A stretch of DNA of 64,000 nt. Origin: Balanoglossus misakiensis. Lineage: Eukaryota; Animalia; Hemichordata. The stretch spans positions 9,250,894 to 9,314,893 of the forward strand of contig CM082589.2 of assembly GCA_040954595.2 (NCBI GenBank), read 5' to 3'. The notes below the pieces were generated by a model. The model saw only the letters and a program-made list of their open reading frames with translations, was not told the origin of the DNA and did no database searches. The translations under genes were made by a program, and so were the position numbers. Below are positions 41,883 to 52,272 of this stretch, one piece after another; positions within the stretch are counted from its first letter, which is position 1, and every line of letters begins with the position of its first letter.

Positions 41883-44496
41883 TACATGGCCAAAAGCACT
41901 GTAATTGCTAATGCAACAGTGATTTTAATTCTGATCTTTTGCATCAGGGTAAAAGGCGAAGCAAGCTTGATGATGCATCTGGGAAGATGGTGTTTCAAGC
42001 CCTTCACTTTGACATGGGTATAAAATGCCTACAGGGGGATTTAAAGTTGACTGTAAATCCCTGGGTTAATACGTGTCCAAAAGCACTGTACTTTAACATT
42101 GCTAATGCAACGATGACATTGAATCTGATTCTTTGCATCAGGGTAAATGGCGAAGCAAGGTTGATGATGCATCAGGGTAGATAGTGATGCAAGCTCTGCA
42201 CTTTGACATGGGTATTAAATGCCTACAGGGGGATTTAAAGTTGTCTGTAAATCCCTGGGTTAATACGTGTCCAAAAGCACTGTACTTTGACATTGCTAAT
42301 GCAACGATGACATTGAATCTGATTCTTTGCATCAGGGTAAATGGCGAAGCAAGGTTGATTATGCATCAGGGTGGATAGTGATGCAAGCTCTGCACTTTGA
42401 CATGGGTATAACATGCCTACAGGGGGATTTAAAGTTGTCTGTAAATCCCTGGGTTAATACGTGGCGGAAAGCACTGTACTTTGACATTGCATATGCAATG
42501 GTGACATTGAATGGGATTCTTTGCATTAGGGCAAATGGCGAAGCAAGCTCAATGATGCATCAGAGTAGATGGTGATGCAAACTCTGCACTTTCACATGGG
42601 TATTTAATGTTAAATGTAAATCCATAGGTTAATACGTGGCCAAAAGCACTCTAATTTGACATTGCTAATGCAACGATGACATTGAATCTGATTATTTGCA
42701 TCAGGGCAAATGGCGAAGCAAGGTTGATGATGCATCAGGGTAGATAGTGATGCAATCACTTCACTTTGACATGGGTATTAAATGCATATGGGGATTTCAA
42801 GTTGATGATAAATCCCTGGGTTAATACGTGTCCAAAAGCACTGTACTTTAACATTGCTAATGCAACGATGACATTGAATCTGATTCTTTGCATCAGGGTA
42901 AATGGCGAAGCAAGCTTTATGATGCATCAGAGTAGATGGTGATGCAAGCTCTGCACTTTGACATAGGTTTTCAATGCATATGCATGGGTATTTAAAGTTG
43001 ACTGTAAATCCCTGGGTTAATACATGGCCAAAAGCACTGTAATTGCTAATGCAACAGCGATTTTAATTCTGATCTTTTGCATCAGGGTAAAAGGCGAAGC
43101 AAGCTTGATGATGCATCTGGGAAGATGGTGTTTCAAGCCCTTCACTTTGACATTGGAATATAATGCATAAGTGGATTTAAAGTTGATTGTAAATGCCCAG
43201 TTTAATATGTGTCCAAAAGCACTGTACTTTAACATTGCTAATGCAACGATGACATTGAATCTGATTCTTTGCATCAGGGTAAATGGCGAAGCAAGGTTGA
43301 TGATGCATCAGGGTAGATAGTGATGCAAGCTCTGCACTTTGACATGGGTATAAAATGCCTACAGGGGGATTTAAAGTTGTCTGTAAATCCCTGGGTTAAT
43401 ACGTGGCGGAAAGCACTGTACTTTGACATTGCATATGCAATGGTGACATTGAATGGGATTCTTTGCATTAGGGCAAATGGCGAAGCAAGCTCAATGATGC
43501 ATCAGAGTAGATGGTGATGCAAACTCTGCACTTTCACATGGGTATTTAATGTTAAATGTAAATCCATAGGTTAATACGTGGCCAAAAGCACTCTAATTTG
43601 ACATTGCTAATGCAACGATGACATTGAATCTGATTATTTGCATCAGGGCAAATGGCGAAGCAAGGTTGATGATGCATCAGGGTAGATAGTGATGCAATCA
43701 CTTCACTTTGACATGGGTATTAAATGCATATGGGGATTTCAAGTTCATAATAAATCCCTGGGTTAATACGTGTCCAAAAGCACTGTACTTTGACATTGCT
43801 AATGTAACGATGACATTGAATCTGATTCTTTGCATCAGGGTAAATGGCGTAGCAAGCTTTATGATGCATCAGGGTAGATAGTGATGCAAACACTTCACTT
43901 TGACATGGGTATTAAATGCATATGGGGATTTCAAGTAGATGATAAATCCCTGGGTTAATACGTGTCCAAAAGCACTGTAATTTGACATTGCTAATGCAAT
44001 GGTGACATTGGATGTGATTCTTTGCATTAGGGCAAATGGCGAAGCAAGCTCAATGATGCATCAGAGTAGATGGTGATGCAAACTCTGCACTTTCACATGG
44101 GTATTTAATGTTAAATGTAAATCCATAGGTTAATACTTGGCCAAAAGCACTCTAATTTGACATTGCTAATGCAACGATGACATTGAATCTGATTCTTTGC
44201 ATCAGGGCAAATGGCGAAGCAAGGTTGATGATGCATCAGGGTAGATAGTGATGCAATCACTTCACTTTGACATGGGTATTAAATGCATATGTGGATTTCA
44301 AGTTGATTGTAAATGCCCAGTTTAATACGTGTCCAAATGCACTGTACTTCGACATTGCTAATGCAACGATGACATTGAATCTGATTCTTTGCATCAGGGC
44401 AAATGGCGAAGCAAGCTCAATGATGCATCAGAGGAGATGGTGATGCAAGCTCTGCACTTTGACATAGGTATTTAATGCATATGCATGGGTATTTAA
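41883..44496 (+). repeat. Continuation of the satellite (~14 monomers, more divergent edge variants)
   Basis: Same monomer resumes exactly after the TA duplication. Includes variants such as CTGTAATTGCTAATGCAACAG.GATTTTAATTCTGATCTTTT at ~41900 and ~43040. Confidence 0.97.
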
Positions 44497-45255
44497 GATG
44501 GGTCCCCCGGTTCTTTTTGCTCGTTGCTATGGGCCTTTCAGAGTCTAACACGGGGCCGGTAACTAGTTAAAAATCTGCACGATTGTGAGCGCGCGCCCCC
44601 TGACGCCATTGATATGCAAATTAGCTAGGTCAAATTTCAAAAGCCTAAGGCTTTTTATTCCGTGACCTCAAAAACGAACTTGATACGTATTCATTAGTTG
44701 CTTGAACCAGGGAAGATCGTGACGGATTTTGATTTCGAATATTATCGTTGTATCCTACGATTTCAGCATACCCGTACCACACCTGAAAAAGTCATCGATT
44801 TTGGGTGATTTTGGACACACTCTTCCACCGGTATCGCTTCTTAGCACGACGAAAACCGAAAAAACGATCCGTCACACTGTGCGGAAGTGCGTTCTCAACA
44901 AGCAGGTCAAATTTGACTGGCGTACGTGGCCTATGAAAAAAGCCTTAGGGATTTTCGTGAACGGTACAAAATCTCTGTGTACAAAACATTGGATTTTTAG
45001 CGTTCGATCCAGTTACTCTGGTTACAGGACGCGCACGCCATCGCTGACCGCTGCTTTGCCGTATTAGCGTGGCGGCCTATGACCGGGCGGTAGCTGCCGT
45101 AAACATACTCGGACAGGGGGTGTGCACACAATCATGTGTATTTTTTAAAAAGTTACAAGCCCCTTGTCGGACGTTCATAACGGTTTCGATCAAAATTGAG
45201 TGTAGTGTCCCATAAAGGCCCATAGCAACGAGCAAAAAGATACGGGGGACCCATC
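44497..45255. mobile_element. 759-bp MITE with 42-bp TIRs and TTAA flanks (Kolobok-like)
   Basis: TTAA|GATGGGTCCCCCGGTTCTTTTTGCTCGTTGCTATGGGCCTTT ... AAAGGCCCATAGCAACGAGCAAAAAGATACGGGGGACCCATC|TTAA (2 mismatches). Purine-purine terminus favours Kolobok over piggyBac (CCC). Confidence 0.85.
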
Positions 45256-45495
45256 TTAAAGCATGTTGAGATTTATCGTGTAATGTGCTATATAAGTAAT
45301 AAATATTGTGTACAATAACACTTGTTTTATTGGAGTTTAAATGGAGCTGGGATCGAGGATGTGGGAGTTGGTCCTGGGACGAGGCTACCTCGTGGTTTTT
45401 TGCCCAGACAGACAGCGGACATTTTGTATGTCGTTCGCCGAAACTGCTTTAATTTCGATCTTTCCCGGACATACCCCCAATAGTCACCAGTTACA

Positions 45496-46487
45496 ATGTC
45501 AGAAGATTACAGCTTTGTTGAATGGTGTGAAGCGGCGGGTCTTTCAAAAGACACTATCAGCTCTCTAACCACCTCCCAGGTCACATCCTCCGAAGTACTG
45601 TAGTGCCTCAGCGACCAAGACATTGTCGACCTACAACTACACATCGGTCAACATGGACTGCTTCGCCAGTTGCGAAACAAACTATGCTCTCAAAAAGCGG
45701 AATCCAAGCCCGTGGACACGCCGAAGCCCGCCGGCGAGGCCACCAAAGAGGTAACCACACAAGACTTGGCAAAAAACAAGGCACTGAATGAGCTCCTCGA
45801 AGCAACGATGGCAACGATGCCCTCAAAGACGTCCTGTCCGACCAACCACAGGCCACAAACGCAAAGCCAGCCCCCGGGAAAGGTGAGCGAAAACCCCTAC
45901 TAATTCCGGACTATGTCACCACGAAAAAGGGTTCGTTCGATCAACCAGACGACACTGAACTGGCCGCCGACGGAGACACAAAATTAGTTATGCGAACAGC
46001 AAAACAACGACCGCGACCGGACCAAGTTTCACTGCCACAGTGGATATCAGCCAATGCCCGCATTTTAAAGGCACTGATCGCCCGCGGTATGTCCACGGAA
46101 GAGACACTGGCATATCTCGATCATACAATTAATATTGGTGACTACGCTCAATCATTCACAATCCCAACGGTCCTGACTTACGATCACGAGTGCAGGAAAA
46201 AGCAGGCTGCCGATTCGCTCGCGTGGGGAGCCGTAGACCTTCACCTGTCACTCTATCACCTTGATGAGCGGCAAGTCGCGCCTCAGCAAAAAGGGAAAAA
46301 TACCACAGGCAACTCCAAAGGTCGCAGTTATGATTCGAAAGGCTAGGAAATTTGTTTCGATTTCCAAAACCCACCGGGCTGCAACCGCACCTACTGTCGT
46401 TTTGCGCACATATGCATCGAGGACGGGTGCCACAAAGATCACCCACAACACCGCCACAAATTGCTAACTTCGAACAATCATGCCTAG
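45496..46487 (+). pseudogene. Ngaro gag-like ORF1, disrupted
   Basis: ATG at 45496 (MSEDYSFVEW...), in-frame TAG at 45601, frameshift before GERKPLLIPDYV (~45880), TAG at 46344. C-terminal zinc finger CFDFQNPPGCNRTYCRFAHICIEDGCHKDH. Confidence 0.8.
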
Positions 46488-46550
46488 GATAAGGTTGCTA
46501 GCCCTCTTACTGATCACCTGGCAACGTGGAATGATGAACTGGAAAATGAC

Positions 46551-48293
46551 ATGGATCGCGACTTCATACTCAACGGTTTAAAATTTGGTTTCGATATCAT
46601 TACCCCTGGTACCCCCCTTCAAAACGTGGACAGAAAAAACTATGCGTCATGCTCTGACCCTGCTAATCGCAAGGCAGTCGAGGAACAAATTATCCATGAG
46701 GTTGATGTGGGTAATTACCGTGTCACAGCGGAGAAGCCTCAAATAATTAGCAGTTTAGGTGCCATCCCCAAGAAAAACTCTGACAAAGTCAGACTCATAC
46801 ACGACTGCAGCCGCCCAGTAGGAGGCGGTGTCAACGCGTACGCTTCTACTTCAACTTTTAAATATGAAACTATAGATCACGCGGTGCAACTGTGCAAAGT
46901 TGGTTCATATCTCGCGAAAGTGGACTTGAAGTCAGCGTACCGTTCGGTCCCTATAAGCACGGACTCGCAGCGAGCTACAGGTCTCCGCTACAAATTTTCA
47001 GGACAGAATACCTCTACTTATATGGTGGACACCAGGCTACCATTCGGGGCAGCCAAAAGCCCAGAAATTTTCACCCGCATAACGCAAAGCGTCACCAGAA
47101 TGATGTGCAGAAAAGGGTACCAGGCGGTAATTGTTTATCGTGATGATTTTCTGATTATAGCGGACTCCAAATTTGCTTGCGAGCAAGCATTTCTGGCTTT
47201 ATTACAACTTTTACAGAACCTTGGCTTCACAATAAACTGGGACAAAGTGGTAAACCCAACACAGCAGCTGACATTTCTTGGCATAGAGATAAATGCACGC
47301 ACACGGACGCTTTCCCTCAATAAGGGCAAATTACAGGACTTGAGCGACCTTTTGCAACACTGGCTTCCTAAGCGGCGAACAACCAAACGCGAACTCCAAC
47401 AACTACTTGGCAAACTCAACTGGGCAGCACGGGTTATTCGCGGCGGACGCACATTTTTGAGACGTCTTATTGACTTGTCAAACTCAGTTTCACAGCAGTC
47501 TCATCACATACGCCTTCACAGGCACGCGAGAGCGGACATCCAATGGTGGACAAATCTGAGCAAAGTTTTCAATGGTACGGCTTTCTTCATAGAGGAGACT
47601 CCGTTGCCCCAACAGGTTTTCACCACTGATGCATGCGCAATAGCGGGAGCAGGTATTTTCGCGAATGACTGGTTTTATACACAGTGGTCGGCCGACCACC
47701 CTATCTTGGCAGACATGCACATCAACTTACAGGAACTGTATACAGTCCTGATTGCATGCAGGCGATGGTGTTGTTTCTGGGACAAACACCACATAGTGGT
47801 ATATACAGACAATACCACAACCATGTACGCCATTAACTCTGGTACATCCCGCAACAAAGCGGCTATGGAATGGCTTCGCGAGTTGTTCTGGCTGTCGGCA
47901 CTATTTAATTTCCACATCACAGCCCGATACGTGAGCACCAAGGACAACAGCGCAGACTCCTTATCGCGTTTACACTCTGCCAAACACTACTTCACAGCAG
48001 TGAACCTTCTCGCCAATCACCAGCTACACCCGCTAAGAGATTGGTATCGCCATATGAGGATGCTTCTTACTCTCTTCTACTTCAGGGCCTGTGCAGCAAC
48101 AGTAATACCAGCTGGATATGGACATCGGCAAATACAAGCACGCAGCATATGCAGAATCAACAAAGAAAACATACAGCTCTCAACGTACTGCCTACCTCCG
48201 GTTTTGTCTCTACTTCGGCCTCAGGCCTGTGCCCTGCACGCAACTCACCGTCTGCAGATACATTGTCTTCCTGGCTCGGTCACTAAAACCTAG
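46551..48293 (+). CDS. Reverse transcriptase / RNase H (DIRS/Ngaro type)
   Basis: RLIHDCS, KVDLKSAYR, RLPFG, VYRDDFL (YxDD), TFLGI, LLGKLNW. RNase H motifs TDAC, HINLQEL, YTDN, NSADSLSR. Confidence 0.95.
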   Translation: MDRDFILNGLKFGFDIITPGTPLQNVDRKNYASCSDPANRKAVEEQIIHEVDVGNYRVTAEKPQIISSLGAIPKKNSDKVRLIHDCSRPVGGGVNAYASTSTFKYETIDHAVQLCKVGSYLAKVDLKSAYRSVPISTDSQRATGLRYKFSGQNTSTYMVDTRLPFGAAKSPEIFTRITQSVTRMMCRKGYQAVIVYRDDFLIIADSKFACEQAFLALLQLLQNLGFTINWDKVVNPTQQLTFLGIEINARTRTLSLNKGKLQDLSDLLQHWLPKRRTTKRELQQLLGKLNWAARVIRGGRTFLRRLIDLSNSVSQQSHHIRLHRHARADIQWWTNLSKVFNGTAFFIEETPLPQQVFTTDACAIAGAGIFANDWFYTQWSADHPILADMHINLQELYTVLIACRRWCCFWDKHHIVVYTDNTTTMYAINSGTSRNKAAMEWLRELFWLSALFNFHITARYVSTKDNSADSLSRLHSAKHYFTAVNLLANHQLHPLRDWYRHMRMLLTLFYFRACAATVIPAGYGHRQIQARSICRINKENIQLSTYCLPPVLSLLRPQACALHATHRLQIHCLPGSVTKT

Positions 48294-49086
48294 CAGCCTC
48301 CCAGGATATTTGAACATTATTAGACTCTTACATGCTGAAGCTGGCTACGCCAACCCTTTAGAGAACAACTGGCTCCTTTGTATTTTGAAGCGGGGCATAG
48401 CTAGGACTCACAGGGTCCCACCCAGCCAAAAACTGCCAATCTCGCCTTCAATACTGAAGGACATTCACTCACACCTGGATCTGTCAATCCCCTTCAATGC
48501 CACATTTTGGTGCGCTTGTCTTTTCGCATTTTTCACCTTCGCCAGAAAGTCCACATTGTTGTTAAAAGATCAAACACTGCAAAATTCCAGTAAGTACTTG
48601 CGCAGAGATGATGTGTCCGTTCACAACGGTCTGGCTACCATTACGGTCCGCCACACAAAAACTATCCAGTATGGCCAACGAGTACTAGAGTTGCCCCTTC
48701 AACAAATTGCCAACTCCTGCCTATGTCCGGTGGCAGCTTTCCACCAGATGCTTCATCTCTCCCCATCAGAGGAACCTCATACCCATTTATTTTCATATCG
48801 ACCATCAGCCAATGCACCCACATCCTGCCCTCAGGTTCTCACTCATTCAAAGTTTACAAAAACACTCAGACTAGTCATGAGCAATTGTGGCTACAAACCA
48901 TCCCTGTATTCGGGTCATTCATTTCGCAGGGGAGGGGCAACATTTGCGGTGAACTTGGGTATTCCCCCTCTTCTCATCAAATTACAAGGCGACTGGAGCT
49001 CAAATGCCTTCAAACGCTATACTGTCATTTCCTCGGAAACCAAATGTAGAGTCGCCAAATCTCTGGCGTTAGCCTTATCAGATTAG
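48118..49086 (+). CDS. Tyrosine recombinase, overlapping the RT/RH ORF
   Basis: STKKTY N-terminal motif, FARKS (R), TKT (K), GHSFRRGGAT (H-x-x-R), GDWSSNAFKRY (W, Y). Confidence 0.95.
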   Translation: MDIGKYKHAAYAESTKKTYSSQRTAYLRFCLYFGLRPVPCTQLTVCRYIVFLARSLKPSSLPGYLNIIRLLHAEAGYANPLENNWLLCILKRGIARTHRVPPSQKLPISPSILKDIHSHLDLSIPFNATFWCACLFAFFTFARKSTLLLKDQTLQNSSKYLRRDDVSVHNGLATITVRHTKTIQYGQRVLELPLQQIANSCLCPVAAFHQMLHLSPSEEPHTHLFSYRPSANAPTSCPQVLTHSKFTKTLRLVMSNCGYKPSLYSGHSFRRGGATFAVNLGIPPLLIKLQGDWSSNAFKRYTVISSETKCRVAKSLALALSD

Positions 49087-49619
49087 TAAGGGCGCTAGCA
49101 CGCACTGCCTGTGTTGGGGGTATTGTTTGGCGGTTTTTCAGGCTATTTAGCCGGTCAACATGAGAAATTAAACTAGTTGACCTTTACCCCCAACACTTGT
49201 GTCTGTTTTATTAGTTTGTTAATGATAGTAGTGTTGCCATTTAAGTGTACAATAACACTTGTTTTATTGGAGTTTAAATGGAGCTGGGATCGAGGATGTG
49301 GGAGTTGGTCCTGGGACGAGGCTACCTCGTGGTTTTTTTGCCCAGACGGACAGCGGACATTCCCCACCCTCCCTCCCATTGTTTAAAAAAATACGATAAT
49401 GTTATTCAAAGTTAAGAGCTTTATCGTTAGAAGCGCTTTTAGTGTTACATGCTTCGCCTCTGCATTCTGTAATTCCTGTTCTGGCGGTTTTTCAGGCTAT
49501 TTAGCCGGTCAACATGAGAAATTAAAATAGTTGACCTTTACCCCCAACACTTGTGTCTGTTTTATTAGTTTGTTAGTGATAGTAGTGTTGCCATTTAAAT
49601 ATTAATATTATTACATAAA

Positions 49620-50820
49620 CGACACTCTTACTTAGCATAGGAATTGGTCAGGTGAACTATATTCGCAGAGCTGACCAATTGTTTAAGTAAAATTCAAGTT
49701 GGGTAATATGGACGTATTCACATTTACAAACTGTGCTATGTATGGGATAGTGATGTTGCCTAATTTGAACGTCTCCACATTTACTTGAATTCTAGTAGTA
49801 GCTAAACAAGGCTGCCTATAAAAAGATCATTGTGAAACATACACAACACTTTTATTGAGCATGGGAAATGTTAATGAGAACTGTGTTCTCGGAGCTCACA
49901 AACAGTGTTATGGGAAATTCAAGCTGCTAAACTTGCATGTCTCTACATTTACTGAAATTCTGATTATGAGCTAAATAAGGCAATGTATGGGAATGTCATT
50001 TTACCGCATACTGTCACACAACATTTCTATTTAGCATGGGAAATAGTCTTAAGAACAGTATTCTCAGAGTTGACAAACTGTGTTATGTGTAGGATATTCA
50101 AGTTGCCTAATTGACAATTGTTAGCAACCAGTTGTCTTCAAGAAGGTTTGGGGCACCAACCTCAACGTGCTTTATTCTCACTACATTTAGGTACCCAGGT
50201 ATGCTAGATGGTTTTAGTGATCTATAAAGTTACCTTGTATATTGAGCAACTGTTAACTTGGAGTGTTGCTCAATGATAGGAAAGTCCTTTGTTCATTTTC
50301 AAAGTGAAAACCAAAAATGTGAACAAAACACACTGAGTTATGTACGGGATATTGATGTTGCCTAATTTGCATGTCTCCACATTTACTTAAACTCTAAAAG
50401 GGAGACAAATGTCGCAGCAGAGGGAAAATAATTATGCCACACGCAACACATTTATTGAGCATGGGAAATGTTCATGAGAACTGTCTTATGAGAATTCTCA
50501 GGGCTCACAAACTGTGTTATAGGAAATCTGACAAGGAATCCAAACTGTAACACATACACAACATTGTTATTTAGCCTGGGAAATGGTCCTGAGAACAATA
50601 TTCTCAGAGTTGACAAACTGTGTTATGTGCATTATATTGATGTTGTCTAATTTGTACGCCTGTACATTTATTAATACTCTGACTGTGAGCTTAATAACGC
50701 AGCGCCAGCTAAGGTCATGTTGCCATGTACACAACATTTTTAATTAGCATAGGTAATGGTCATGATAACTTCATTTGCAGAGCTGTCAAACTGTGTTATG
50801 TGAAATTCATGTTGCCTTTT
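49620..50820 (+). repeat. Degenerate ~175-bp tandem repeat B
   Basis: T(T/G)AGCAT(G/A)GGAAAT...GAGAAC...GAG(C/T)TGACAAACTGTGTTATG recurs at ~49632, 49855, 50031, 50455, 50570, 50744. Confidence 0.8.
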
Positions 50821-50824
50821 TCGT

Positions 50825-51527
50825 GATGATGGCTTGTGGTACACAAGGGTTAACAGCAATCAGCAATTGCTTGTATGAAGGGTATGATGATTGGTTTACA
50901 AATGTGAATGGTATAATAATGGGCAACACACGTGGAAGGGTTTAATAAACAGTTAACAAATGTGGTGATGGTTTGCGGTAAAATTGAGTGTACACAGATT
51001 ATAATGGGCCAAACAATGAGTATAATAAAGATAATTGCACTGTGCATGTCCCGCACTTTGGCCCCTCACTATTGTATTTTCGACACCCTTACATACCTTT
51101 TAATGATGGTGAAGGGTTTTATGTGAATGGTGTAATAAAGGTTAACAAATGTGGTGATAGCTTTGGTGTACAGGCTGTAAATATTGATAGTAATGACAAA
51201 GGTATAATAATAATAAAAGCTTAAATAAGTGTCGGGGTATACTCATCATGATGGTTCGTTCATTGGTTAATGTGTATATTTTATGAATAACATGCTATTG
51301 TTTCTCAGATAGTTCATAATCAGGATTTTTCCATGCACATCGTCATCATGATTCAGTGGAATTCTTCGGAATGGTACCTGTGATCATTTTCACGCACCGA
51401 CACACTGTACGCGGCAGACATGCAGAAAATATTAACACGTAACTCGCACGTATAATGTTCAATCTAAACGACTATATGTTAGGTTAGCTTCAACTCCCCA
51501 CCCCATCCAAATTCCACATTTAGCTTG
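50825..51527 (+). repeat. Old repeat block A, second copy (cf. 12020-12730)
   Basis: Colinear motif matches as listed for 12020-12730. Confidence 0.85.
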
Positions 51528-51778
51528 CTGTGAGGTTTTGGGGTAGTACCGATTGGGAAACTTCAAGGTTCATTCACTGTATCAAATATTGGATTTGTCA
51601 CACTGTGTCTGGGGTGGGTAAAACATGGAGAAATGTTGTCAGTAAACTTTAACCAGGCAGGTCACATGAAAGGAAGATTGTATCGTTTGAGTTCGATGAC
51701 ATACATGATAAGATTTGTCACTTTTGACACCTTTTTGCAATTTGACTTAGACGCAGATGTATCTTTTCATTTGGACAC

Positions 51779-52010
51779 TGTTATGTTTACTGACTCGGTG
51801 AGATCAGGTAACGTTTTGTGTAACTCTTTTAATGAGAAACTTCAACTGGAACACGAACACAACAACTGTACGTTCTGCTAGTACAAGATGGCAGCCATGA
51901 ACGCAGGGAAAAAAACATGACCTTACAATGTCATATAAACTCTGCTAGAGGGCGCTCTATCAAAGCATTGCATGTGGTATGCTATAGTGGGTTATAGGCA
52001 TATCATAACA
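51779..52010 (-). repeat. Gypsy 3' LTR
   Basis: Direct repeat of 57378-57608 with roughly a dozen differences by eye. Adjacent TCCCCCTCCT (52011-52020) is the polypurine tract on the minus strand. Confidence 0.95.
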
Positions 52011-52272
52011 TCCCCCTCCTTAAGCTGGATAGCAAACTTGTGAAAAGTGTATTGCGATAAATGTTCAGACACAGAGTCCATAATGTTCTATCAACTGAGA
52101 GTTCCTATCAGTCTATGAATTCATGCAAACAGTGTTCATTGTAATGTTCAAATAACGCTAAAGTTTTGACACTGGGAATAACACCAACACTGTGAAATGT
52201 ACTGCAAGATTTTCAGCTTTGTGAAATGTTTTAACAAGAATGCAACATCAACAACTAATGGTCTCTGGTGAT

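Larger units (their letters stand above)
45308..49598 (+). mobile_element. Tyrosine-recombinase retrotransposon (DIRS order, Ngaro-type) with split direct repeats
   Basis: A1 45308-45423, gag, RT/RNase H, YR, then B1 49128-49244, A2 49245-49361, B2 49482-49598. No methyltransferase domain is evident after RNase H. Confidence 0.93.

Noticed and set aside
14247-43517. Dozens of repeated 63-113 aa ORFs (MMQALHFDMG..., MQRIPFNV...)
   Set aside because: By-products of the satellite period. Monomers of 194 and 175 bp break frame, stops recur and no domain is recognisable.
13747-44496. CRISPR-like or cassette array with an adjacent RT and recombinase as a single system
   Set aside because: There are no unique spacers. 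The RT and YR lie within a self-contained retrotransposon bounded by its own repeats, and no sequence is shared with the array.
48118-49086. Phage integrase / prokaryotic origin
   Set aside because: Overlaps a DIRS-type RT/RH inside split direct repeats, in a eukaryotic repeat context.
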